Assembly (NCBI GenBank): GCA_963792415.1
Contig: CAWBVY010000001.1
Span: 343,900-407,899 of the forward strand
Direction: 5' to 3'
Origin: Candidatus Deferrimicrobiaceae bacterium
Lineage (GTDB): Bacteria; Desulfobacterota; Deferrimicrobia; Deferrimicrobiales; Deferrimicrobiaceae
DNA length: 64,000 nt
The notes under the pieces are model-generated. The model made no database searches. It had not been told where the DNA came from and was given only the letters and a program-made list of their open reading frames with translations. The translations under genes were made by a program, and so were the position numbers. Positions 54,569 to 64,000 of this stretch are shown one piece after another; position 1 is the stretch's first letter, and each line of letters starts with the position of its first letter.

Positions 54569-55820
54569 ATGCCCGGTGGCAAAAGGAAGACTGCCATTAA
54601 TACTAAAAATTCCCAAATACTCTCGACGATTCACGGCGTTAGACCTGAAGTTGAACTTTTGTTGGCAGCCGCCGGGAATTATGATGAAGATCATCGCAGA
54701 GCGTTAATAGAAGACATTCTTAAAGACGAGATCGATTGGGATTACTTCAAGCAGTTAACTAATCATCATCGTATCTGGCCTTTGGTATACTGGAACCTTA
54801 ATCTGGCTGATTCAAAAGCGATTAGCAAACAATTTCTTGACCATTTAAAAGATCAATTTAATCAGACTGCATTGAGGAACCTGTTCCTCTCACAAAAACT
54901 GTTAGAGTTGTTAGAGCTCTTAAAATCTAACCACATCGATGCAATACCTTATAAAGGATCTTTTTTAGCATCAGAATATTACGGCAATTTAGCTTTACGT
55001 CAATTTGGGGATATCGATATTTTGGTAAAGCAAAAAGATATCCTGAATGTAAGAGCAATTCTGATCGATTCGGGCTTTATTCCCCTTGATAAGCTCGATA
55101 AAAAAAATGAAAAAATATTTTTAAAACACAATTACGATTTTCATTTTAATAGTTCCGATGGAAAATTCCACGTCGAAATTCACTGGCAGCTTATCTATCG
55201 CCCACTTCAACCCGCGATAGAATACATATGGGAAAGTTGTATCAATACCAAATTTTTTGGAACTGAAGTGCTGACCCTTCCTCCTGAAGAATGGTTAGTA
55301 ATATTATGTCTGCACGGCTACAAACACTATTGGCAGAGATTGAAATGGCTATGCGACATTGCCTTGATTATAAAATCAAACCCAAATCTTAATTGGAATC
55401 ATATCAAATGGCGCGCAAACAACCTGGGAACTGAAAAATCATTATATCTCGGACTATATGTCGCTCATTTCCTTTTAAATGCTAAACTCCCAAATGACAT
55501 TGTTCAAATTATCCGATCGCAATAAAGAGATATTTCTGCAAGGTTCTTTGCATATGCGGACGTTTATTTAACACAAACCTTTGGACTACCAGGTTTTAAT
55601 GAATGGCAAACCTACTTAATCGCAGGGATGCAAAAAATTAAAAAAACGATGTTCTTCATCGAAGTCAATTTATTTGCTTATGTACCTGAGAGCTTTATCG
55701 TATCCGGAATTTGATGATTTTTGCTCTATATGGCTTTGCCCTTCAGGTTTTCGTTTATTTATTATTTTTATCGTCTATCCGACTTACCAGACGACATAAA
55801 ACTCATATTTTTAAACGATT
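54569..55820 (+). CDS. Nucleotidyltransferase family protein (NTP_transf_5, lasso-cluster associated); C-terminus frameshifted, end approximate
   Basis: PYKG..LA..YYG...LRQFGDIDILV, VEIHW, LCLHGYKH.W.RLKWLCD. Confidence 0.85.
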
Positions 55821-55921
55821 GAGATAACCATAATTTTTATAAAATATGCCGGCTGATGGAACATGATCTTAATACCGGTATTTTAGTATCATGGTAACTT
55901 TTAGCAAATAGGATGGGTTAA

Positions 55922-56215
55922 ATGTACAAAAGTGAAAAATTCGTAAAAGCAATCGATGATCATTTATGTGCTGAATTCACGGATGGTGATCTGGTGATTT
56001 TAAGTTTAGATAACGGCGTGTATTATGGGCTTAATCCGGTAGGAGCTCGTATCTGGCAGTTAGTCCAACAACCAAGAACAATTGATGAAATAACCAAAGT
56101 TCTTACAAAAGAATATGATGTGGAAGCCGGGTGCTGTGAGCAGGAATTACTTAAGCTGCTGAGCGAATTAGAAAATCACGGGTTGGTCGTTTTAACAAAT
56201 GAAACTTCTTCTTAA
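55922..56215 (+). CDS. PqqD-family RiPP recognition element (lasso B1)
   Basis: VILSLDNGVYYGLNPVGARIWQLVQQP...LTKEYDV...LLSEL...GLV. Confidence 0.92.
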   Translation: MYKSEKFVKAIDDHLCAEFTDGDLVILSLDNGVYYGLNPVGARIWQLVQQPRTIDEITKVLTKEYDVEAGCCEQELLKLLSELENHGLVVLTNETSS

Positions 56216-56663
56216 ATTTACTCGCCTTTCTCAAATTGAGAGGATACTTTTAGTTAAGGCAGTGACATTAATGGCAGTTGTCCGGATCGGATTGCTTCTA
56301 ATACCGTTTAAGAGACTGCATCGGCTTGTTTCTGAAGCCGGCAAAAAGAATTCGGGGCGCCATAATTCAGATCCTGAGTATCAGAAGCACGTTGTTTGTG
56401 CAATTGCCCGGGCAAGCAAGTATTTCCATGGTAACAACACATGTTTAATCCAATCAGTGGTCGGCCTATATCTACTTGAGAAAAAAGGCATCTCCACTAA
56501 ACTTTGCATAGGTGTGGTGAAAGATGAGAGCGGAGGGCTTTGCGCCCATGCGTGGGTTGAGAGTAACGGAAAAATTATAATCGGCGGTACAAAAAGCCCT
56601 CTTAATTTCATGACACTCACCTCATTGTCGAAAATTTCAAAACAGAATACCTCTATAGAATAG
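56199..56663 (+). CDS. Lasso peptide leader protease B2 (transglutaminase-like)
   Basis: TCLIQS (catalytic Cys), IGV, AHAWVE. Confidence 0.9.
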   Translation: MKLLLKFTRLSQIERILLVKAVTLMAVVRIGLLLIPFKRLHRLVSEAGKKNSGRHNSDPEYQKHVVCAIARASKYFHGNNTCLIQSVVGLYLLEKKGISTKLCIGVVKDESGGLCAHAWVESNGKIIIGGTKSPLNFMTLTSLSKISKQNTSIE

Positions 56664-56728
56664 TATACACGCCAATTAATCGGGGCAGCACACTTCTAAT
56701 ATAATCAATCAGGGATCATTTATAAAAA

Positions 56729-57604
56729 TTGCAATTTTATACAGCATATGGTTTTGCGATTCAGTCTGACTTTACTTTACCGGCATTGATCAAAGGTGAA
56801 GGAAAAACAGATATCCGCATTCGACGTGGACGAGTGGGAAAGCCACTTAAAAAATTTGGGCCTATAATATGTCTCTCTGAAAGTTCAGGCGAGGCTCACT
56901 TATCATGGGGGAATATTGCCGAATTGATTGTGCGAAACGGTAACGAAATTATCGTTGAACCGGTTTATAAAGCGCAAGAACAACTGCTCATTAATTTTAT
57001 ACTCGGTCCTGCCTTGGGGATTTTGCTCTACCAGCGTGGATTTTTGGTTTTGCATGGAAGTGCAGTATCGAAAAACGGGTATGCCATAGCATTTTTAGGA
57101 TATAAAGGTTCCGGAAAATCTACAATTGCCGCTTTTTTACACAGCATCGGATTTTCATTTATAACCGATGACGTGCTTTTGATAGAAATAGACAAAAGAA
57201 TATCGGTCCGCCCAGGAATTCCACAAATAAAATTATGGCCCGATGCGGTTGAGAATATTGGCGAAGACCCCGAAACGCTTCCTAGAATTTGTGAACAGAC
57301 AGACAAACGCATTCTTAAAATTAAAAATAGTTTTCTTAATAAATCATTACCGTTAGAGAAGATCTACATAATAGAAAGAGGGGATAGACAAATAGTCGAA
57401 TCTATGAAAAATACGACAGCTTTTATAGAACTCATTCGGCACTCATATGCTCAAAGGTTTTTAATAAACAAAATTAGCAATCCTGAACATTTCAAACAAT
57501 GCTTTTTTGTGACAAACACTATTCCCATGTACAGTTTAAAAACCGAGATCAGGGCGATCAGTGAACTTGGGATTTCACAATTGATTTATGGTCAAAACGA
57601 CTAA
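56729..57604 (+). CDS. HPr-kinase-like lasso peptide kinase
   Basis: VLHGSAV, GYKGSGKST, ITDD, IKLWPD. Confidence 0.88.
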   Translation: MQFYTAYGFAIQSDFTLPALIKGEGKTDIRIRRGRVGKPLKKFGPIICLSESSGEAHLSWGNIAELIVRNGNEIIVEPVYKAQEQLLINFILGPALGILLYQRGFLVLHGSAVSKNGYAIAFLGYKGSGKSTIAAFLHSIGFSFITDDVLLIEIDKRISVRPGIPQIKLWPDAVENIGEDPETLPRICEQTDKRILKIKNSFLNKSLPLEKIYIIERGDRQIVESMKNTTAFIELIRHSYAQRFLINKISNPEHFKQCFFVTNTIPMYSLKTEIRAISELGISQLIYGQND

Positions 57605-57651
57605 ACTAAGCTTAAAAAGATTTAATAAAAACTCGATAAGGAACAATCAAA

Positions 57652-59562
57652 ATGAGCGGCATTGCCGGTATACTTTTTCATCATGCGAGACCAGTCAATT
57701 CAGTTGATTTAATTCGGATGATAAAGGCGATCGCTCATAGGGGCCCAGACGATGAAGGGCATTGGACTGAGGGATGTATCGGTTTAGCTCATAGAATGCT
57801 GTGGACAACGCCGGAATCTTTATTTGAAAAACTGCCTCATATTCATAATTCAGGTCGATATGTTATTACAGCAGATACACGGATAGACAATCGCGATCAC
57901 CTCATCAATATACTCGGATTAAATGATTGTGGAAAGAGAGTTATTACCGATTGCCAAATAGCTTTGGCTGCTTATATAAAGTGGGGACTTAATTGTTTAG
58001 ATAGACTGATTGGCGATTATGCTTTTGCGATTTGGGACAAAAAAGAGTCACTGCTTTTTTGTGCCAGAGACCATATAGGGGTTAAGCCCTTTTACTATTA
58101 CCACTCTGATAAACTCTTTTGCTTTTCCAGCGAAATAAAGTCCATTTTCTGTCTTCCTGAAATTCCCCGTAAACTAAATGAATTAAAGATCGCCTATCAC
58201 ATCGCCACATACTTTGAAGATAAATCCATCACTCATTATAAAGATATTTTCAGGCTGCCACCGGCCCATTATTTGATTGTAAAGGACGGACGGAAAAAAT
58301 TAGGATCGTATTGGTCATTAGACCCTGAATACGAAATACGATACAATTCCGACAAAGAATATGCTGAAGCTTTTCGGGAAATTTTTGTAACCGCTGTCAA
58401 AGATCGATTAAGGAGTGCGTATCCTATTGGCTCCACCTTAAGCGGCGGGCTAGATTCAAGTTCGATCGCATGCGTGAGCCGCAACCTTCTCAAGGAACAA
58501 GGTCAGGAAAGGCTCCATACATTTTCAGCGATTTTTCCAAGTCTACCAAAAACCGATCTAAGAAAAATCGACGAACGATCTTTTATAGAAAAGGTCTTAT
58601 CTACTGGCGGATTTTCACCTCACTTCATAGAAGCCGACCGCTTAAGTCCCCTTTCTGATTTAGAAAAGTTGACGAGAACTGCAGATGAAGCCGTTCTGGC
58701 TCCCAATCTTTATATTCATCATGCTCTGTATAAAACTGCCAGCGAAAATGGTGTTCGCATATTTTTAGACGGTATTGATGGGGACACGACGGTTTCACAT
58801 GGGCTTGAACTTCTCCCCGAACTGATAAGCAAGGGAAACGTAAACTCTTTGATCAAAGAGGCGAAAGGCATAGCTAATAAAAGCAAATTTTCATACCAAA
58901 AAATTATACTGATATATGGAATAAAACCTTTATTACCAAACATGGCATTAAAATTATTTAATCGACTTTTGAAAAATAACGATACGTCCCCTGATTACGA
59001 TATGGTGATCAATCCGAAATTTAGAAAAAGTATTGGTTTGGATCAGCACATAACGTATGAAGTAAAAAAAACCTCATTATTTTTCAGTGCCAAGGAGGCG
59101 CATTTAAGCAGTCTTAACTCCGGACTCAACACGCACGCATTGCAACAGCTCGACAACGCCGCTGTGAGTTTTTGCATTGAGCCGCGCTACCCTTTCTTTG
59201 ACAGACGATTGCAGGAGTTCTGCCTGGCAATTCCTCCACACATAAAATTAAAAAACGGGTGGGGGCGATATATCATGAGGCGTGCAATGGAGGACATCCT
59301 CCCCTATGAGATACAATGGCGACCCTTAAAGGCCAACCTCAGTCCAAACCTGACAAGGAAATTAGCTGAATATGAGAAAAATACATTAAACGATATCATT
59401 TATAAAGATAATGTACAAATGTTTCCATATTACAATATTGCCTATTTAGGCAAAATATTTGACCGATATACTAAAAATCCGATTCATTTTCCTAAAGAAG
59501 CCATAATTCTATACGGTGCCGCAACATTATCAGAATTTCTTAAATCTCAAAAAAATTTATGA
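57652..59562 (+). CDS. Lasso peptide cyclase (asparagine synthetase-like)
   Basis: MSGIAG (Ser replaces the glutaminase Cys), HRGPD, LSGGLDSS, RYPFFDRRL. Confidence 0.92.
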   Translation: MSGIAGILFHHARPVNSVDLIRMIKAIAHRGPDDEGHWTEGCIGLAHRMLWTTPESLFEKLPHIHNSGRYVITADTRIDNRDHLINILGLNDCGKRVITDCQIALAAYIKWGLNCLDRLIGDYAFAIWDKKESLLFCARDHIGVKPFYYYHSDKLFCFSSEIKSIFCLPEIPRKLNELKIAYHIATYFEDKSITHYKDIFRLPPAHYLIVKDGRKKLGSYWSLDPEYEIRYNSDKEYAEAFREIFVTAVKDRLRSAYPIGSTLSGGLDSSSIACVSRNLLKEQGQERLHTFSAIFPSLPKTDLRKIDERSFIEKVLSTGGFSPHFIEADRLSPLSDLEKLTRTADEAVLAPNLYIHHALYKTASENGVRIFLDGIDGDTTVSHGLELLPELISKGNVNSLIKEAKGIANKSKFSYQKIILIYGIKPLLPNMALKLFNRLLKNNDTSPDYDMVINPKFRKSIGLDQHITYEVKKTSLFFSAKEAHLSSLNSGLNTHALQQLDNAAVSFCIEPRYPFFDRRLQEFCLAIPPHIKLKNGWGRYIMRRAMEDILPYEIQWRPLKANLSPNLTRKLAEYEKNTLNDIIYKDNVQMFPYYNIAYLGKIFDRYTKNPIHFPKEAIILYGAATLSEFLKSQKNL

Positions 59563-59630
59563 ATCCATTTAGTTCTTTGAGGCAAAGGGCTCGCTACCAT
59601 TCTATTCCTGAAGTGAGGAGGTGTAAAAAC

Positions 59631-59777
59631 GTGGAAAAAAAGAAAACTTGGGAAACTCCCGAAATGAAAGTATTCGGGAGTGTTCAAGAAATAACTAAAC
59701 AAGCCATTCCACAGAAGGAATTTGGAGGTTCTGACGGCGCTGTTTACATGAGCCAACCTGTCAATTGGGCCTCCTAA
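59631..59777 (+). CDS. Lasso peptide precursor, 48 aa (GTG start)
   Basis: RBS gaggaggtg; MEKKKTWETPEMKVFGSVQEITK-QAIPQKEFGGSDGAVYMSQPVNWAS has the WxxPx(M) and GxxxxxT leader motifs and a C-terminal Ser. Confidence 0.88.
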   Translation: MEKKKTWETPEMKVFGSVQEITKQAIPQKEFGGSDGAVYMSQPVNWAS

Positions 59778-59874
59778 ATGCCTAAGGTGGGTTACCTTCA
59801 ACCTATAACCTAGAAATACACTTCCAAAAACGTTATTATTCCATAGTTTGGTAGCGAGCCCTTTGCTTCAAAGT

Positions 59875-61804
59875 GTGAGTCCTACGCCTAATCAAACCAT
59901 CTCACAGGAAAATAAAAAATTTTTCAAAATAAAATTAAACACTTTTTGTTTCAAATAAAATATTTGCCATGGGCAGTGCAGGTTGGTTTGGTCGGCAACT
60001 CCGCGCCTTACAACAGTCTGGGCGATACTGCTGATTTTGCAAGGCTTGTTGCCGGCGGCCACTGTTTATCTAACTCGGATTTTAGTCGATAGCTTGGTTT
60101 CAGTTATTGGTTCCGAGGGGACTGGCGCAATATCAAGCCAGCACTTGTCGTGGCCGTTATCATGGCAGTTCTTTTGCTTCTGAGTGAGGTCATCCGCAGT
60201 GCTGGTAATTGGGTTCGCACAGCGCAATCCGAATATATCCAGGATCATCTGAGTGGTCTTATTCATAAAAAATCCATGCAGGTTGATTTAGGCTTTTATG
60301 AATCTTCCGATTATCATGATCGGCTGGAACAAGCTCGATCTGACCTCAAGACGCGACCGCTGGTGATTTTAGAAAATGCAGGCAGGTTTTTCCAGAACGG
60401 CTTAACGCTTGTAGCCATGGCGGCATTGTTAATTCCTTATGGTGTTTGGATTCCTCTGATTCTGTTGATAAGTACCTTGCCGGCGTCTTTGGTACTGATG
60501 TGGTTTAACTGGCGTACGCATCAATGGTGGGAGGAAACGACTGCAGACCGTCGCAGAACAAATTACTATGAATTCCTGCTGACCCATAGTGCGGTAGCCG
60601 CTGAGTTAAGACTTTTTAACTTTGGCCTTCATTTTCAGCAGGCCTATCAGGCTTTAAGAGGGCGCCTGAGGAACGAAAAATTGCAACTTAACAGGAACCA
60701 GGGGGTAGGCCTTTTGCTGTCTGGTCTGATTGGTTTGCTGATATCAGGTCTCCTGATGGTTTGGTTTATTTGGCGTGCCGTGCAGGGTTTTCTCTCATTG
60801 GGCGACATAGCGCTATTTTATCAAGCCCTCAATCGTGGACAGGGGGTCCTTCGTGAGTCGCTTAACAACTTAGGGCAAATCTATGGTAATGCTCTATTTT
60901 TGCGTAACTTATATGAATTTTTGAATTTAGAACCTAAAATCAACGACACGGTCAATCCGAAATCAACGCCGTAAAACGCTCAAAAAGTATATTCAGTTCC
61001 GAGGCATTACCTTTCATTACCCTGGAAGCAACAAACCGGTTTTTAATGATTTTAGCTTGGATATTCCCGCTAACAGAATTGCCGCTATCGTTGGACCGAA
61101 TGGAACGGGTAAAAGCACATTGCTCAAATTGATGTGCCGCTTCTATGATATTGAAAAAGGTTGCATTGAGTTTGATGGAATCGACATTCGACAGTTCTCT
61201 ATCCGGAGATTTAAGAGGAATGTTGACCGTGCTTTTCCAATGGCCGGTACCTTATTATGCAACTGCAGCCGAAAACATCACTTTAGGCGATCTATCAAAA
61301 ACCGGCACTGAGGTTTCGATTGAAGCGGCAGCCCGGGGGGCCGGCATTCACCACATTATTCAGCGCTTGCCCCAAGGCTATCAGACACATTTAGGTAAAT
61401 GGTTCAAAAACGGTAGCGAATTGAGTATAGGGGAGTGGCAGCGTTTGGCGTTGGCACGAGCGTACTATCGTCAGGCCCCAATTGTCATTCTTGATGAACC
61501 GACCAGCGCTTTGGACCCTTGGTCTGAGATGGACTGGTTCCACCGATTCAAAACCTTAGCCAAGGATCGCACGGCCATTCTTATAACGCATCGGTTCACG
61601 ACCGCAATGCATGCCGATCGGATCTACGTCATGGTCAACGGGCAGATCGTCGAGCGTGGCAGTCACAATGACCTGATTTCTCACAATGGTGTCTATGCCC
61701 GGTCATGGAATGCACAAATGGTAAGCCCCAACGAAAATAAAGTGAAAATAGTGTCAGAAGCTGAGAAGCTGGGAAGCCAGGAGGCAGTTGATATTCGGGC
61801 GTAA
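59875..61804 (+). CDS. ABC transporter (fused permease + ATPase), frameshifted; start approximate
   Basis: TM domain, AAELRLF, GPNGTGKST, LSIGEWQRLALARA, ILDEPTSALD, ITHR. Confidence 0.88.
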
Positions 61805-61849
61805 TAAGGGTACGGGTATGGAAACCAGTAGGGTCGCATCTTAATTATT

Positions 61850-61899
61850 AAATATATTTTTCTGATGAAAAATATATGAAACGCAGCAGAGCTGCTCAA
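61850..61899 (-). repeat. Family F repeat (reverse orientation) downstream of the lasso cluster
   Basis: aaatatatttttctgatgaaaaatatatgaaacgcagcagagctgctcaa. Confidence 0.75.
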
Positions 61900-62080
61900 C
61901 CAAAAGCCGAGTTTAGTCAGAATAGAAGACACTTCTTCCGGCTTGAAAACCTGGGTGGTGCCCATGATTATGCTACCACTACGTTCTGAGTTCCTATGAA
62001 TTCTGTTTCAAGACGCGGTTCACCATCCTCCAGCAGCAAGGTAATGACCTCCTTGAGGTTTTCGTTCAATTCTTCAAGCT
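61900..62080 (-). pseudogene. hicB 3' fragment followed by a hicA 5' fragment cut off at the F repeat
   Basis: ELNENLKEVITLLLEDGEPRLETEFIGTQNVVVA*, then MGTTQVFKPEEVSSILTKLGF. Confidence 0.65.
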
Positions 62081-62410
62081 GGAATACCAGCGACAACAAG
62101 GGACATCCTGTAATCCCTTTGTCAAGCTTTTATTTTAGTTATTAATTACAATTACTTAAAAACACTGAAGACGAATAAATACACTACACCTGTAAGTACT
62201 CGGTTAAAGATTTCGGCGGATACTCTCGCTAATAAATGAGCCCTGACTTGATCGTTACGTTTATACGGTATATCCCCGCCACAGCGGGATCACCCATCAT
62301 CCCTTGTCAAAGTTTGGGGCTCAGCGAGAGGCCCTTAATTGTCCCTCCGGAGGTCTCAATGCCTCTACGTCCATGCTTGGGCTCTCTCGCCGAAGTCTGT
62401 TTGCCTCATG

Positions 62411-63619
62411 CTATATCTTCAGATATGACGGGCTGAACGGTTCTTTTTTCTTCATCAAGGTCCAGGCGATCACCAAGAATTTTGACGCCAGCTTGACACG
62501 CATTTTCGTGCGAATGCCTTTTTCTCTTTCTCTTCCTTTCAGAATACTGTGATAATAAGCCCTGAATTGCCTGGTGAGACTCGAAGCCACCAGGGCGGCC
62601 TGGTAAAGAGCATAACGTAAATCGCCTTTACCCTTCTAGCTGATTACCGGCACGGCGCTGCTGCTTCTTTTACCGCTGCGCGAAGCATTCAGGTCAAAGC
62701 CTGCCAGTCGCTTAAGCTGTTGGATGTTTTCAAAGCGGTGCGGGTTGCCGATCGCAGCCAACACGACCGCCGACACATACGGCCCGAATCCCGGAATTGT
62801 CAGCAGGTGCGTATACTCTTCGCAGCTGCCGCAAATCTTTTCGATTTCCTTATCAACTTTTTCGATCTGCTCTTTGGTGTTTTTGATACTTTCCGTAAGG
62901 ACTTTTGCTTCAAATTGCATCGCAGCGCCCGGGCGGCAGCCGATCGACTCGCCGGCCATCTCCCAAATTGTGCGTAGACGACGATGTTGTCGGATGCCCC
63001 TGCAGCGCTTTGTCACCCGATTAAAAAAGTCTTCAAATTCCAAAGATCGAATTTTCGCGGGAGACAAAAACCAGCGCACTATGGCCAGGTTCTCATCTTC
63101 GGCCTGATTCCACGATTTATCGAGCTCCGGAAAGTACTGTGCTACCAGGTTGTTGCGGATGCGAACACGGCAGCTGTGAAGCTGCTTCTTCAAACGCCTT
63201 CGCAGCAACAGCAGACTGCGCAGCTCACGGACCGGCATGCGGGGCAGATCGTAATAGTTGCATTTACCCTGACTGATAAGATCGGCCACGTTGGCTGCAT
63301 CTTTGGTGTCGTTTTTATCCCAGCGTCCATCGAGTAAAGACCGATTTTTCTTTATGGCCTCATTGGTGACATACACGACCATGTGACCGTGCTCGATTAG
63401 TTGCTCTGCCAGGGGCTTATGATACACACTGGTCGGTTCAACGCCGAAAACGACCTTCTGGAAACCGTCGCGGTCCATGTAAAACTGCACATTGGTGAGC
63501 AGCTTTTCCAGCCCTTTTCACGAATTTTCAAAGATCAGGCCTTTCAGAACGGTCTTGCCGTTTGCGGTACCCAGGAAAGCGTGATGCTTGCTCTTGGCGA
63601 TATCGATTCCTACAATCAT
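62411..63619 (-). mobile_element. IS110-family transposase (in-frame stop at 62636, a frameshift, 5' end apparently lost)
   Basis: MIVGIDIAKSKH, GVEPTSVYH, KNDTKDA, LLTIPGFGP, SRSGK, LRYALYQAA. Confidence 0.88.
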
Positions 63620-63629
63620 ATGTCGATCG

Positions 63630-63986
63630 CGGCCGGAGGATGATCACCTCGGGATCGTCGCTCGGAAGTTCGAGAACAAACGCTTCATATATCCCGCCGA
63701 GAAGGATATCCACCCGCGGGCTTCGGCTTATGAAAATTCCGTTCTTGTCCAGCAAAATATCGCCCTGGTCGTCTTTTTTGATCTTGAGCGAAAACAGCTC
63801 GCGCCTGCCCTTGTGAATGCTGAACCGGTCGCCGATGGTAAAAGGCCGATCAGCCAGACAGTCCCTGTGAATGAATATCCCGTTGCGATCACGGTCGAAC
63901 AGAACGATGTTTTGCTTGCCGATCGTTTCTTTCGAGAGCAATGGTGCCTCCTCTTTCTGTTCAAAGAAGCACTCTATTTCAACCAC
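63630..63986 (-). CDS. Hypothetical protein joined to the IS110 remnant
   Basis: ORF with an internal D.NGIFI duplication; no family recognised. Confidence 0.4.
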
Positions 63987-64000
63987 TTAAAAGGTTTTTA

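Noticed and set aside
55922-56215. PQQ biosynthesis gene pqqD
   Set aside because: No pqqA/B/C/E; the context indicates a lasso RRE
57652-59562. Housekeeping asparagine synthetase AsnB or EPS amidotransferase
   Set aside because: It lacks the N-terminal catalytic Cys and is flanked by B1, B2, kinase and precursor genes
3927-61804. Widespread frameshifts read as mass pseudogenisation or programmed frameshifting
   Set aside because: They are mostly single-base indels at homopolymers or GC runs in otherwise well-conserved genes, typical of uncorrected long reads

Overview
64 kb from a bacterium that looks like a deltaproteobacterium (Desulfobacterota-like; inferred, not verified). The many 1-nt frameshifts at homopolymers suggest an unpolished long-read assembly. 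Most of the window is a large Wzx/Wzy-type exopolysaccharide locus on the + strand: chain-length determinant, tyrosine kinase, amino-sugar pathway genes, epimerases, flippase, glycosyltransferases and polymerase. It also holds a ~9.7 kb gene for a secreted DUF4082/Ig-repeat protein with two enzyme domains. The 3' end carries a complete paeninodin/pseudomycoidin-type lasso peptide cluster (nucleotidyltransferase, RRE, protease, HPr-like kinase, cyclase, 48-aa precursor ending in Ser, ABC exporter), bracketed by two copies of a hairpin repeat. The intergenic gaps of the first 36 kb contain a hierarchy of small structured repeats. Family A units consist of a CACAGAG arm plus a hairpin, form inverted pairs and direct arrays, and enclose two GxxExxY nuclease genes. 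Family B has the same architecture with unrelated sequence. 33-36 bp CCTGCC/CCTGTC micro-elements are inserted into the loops of A and B, and one left end abuts a GIY-YIG gene. Toxin-antitoxin fragments and duplicated gene starts lie between the repeats. Conventional IS elements are also present: ISKra4 with a DUF4338 passenger, plus IS256, IS110 and integrase remnants.
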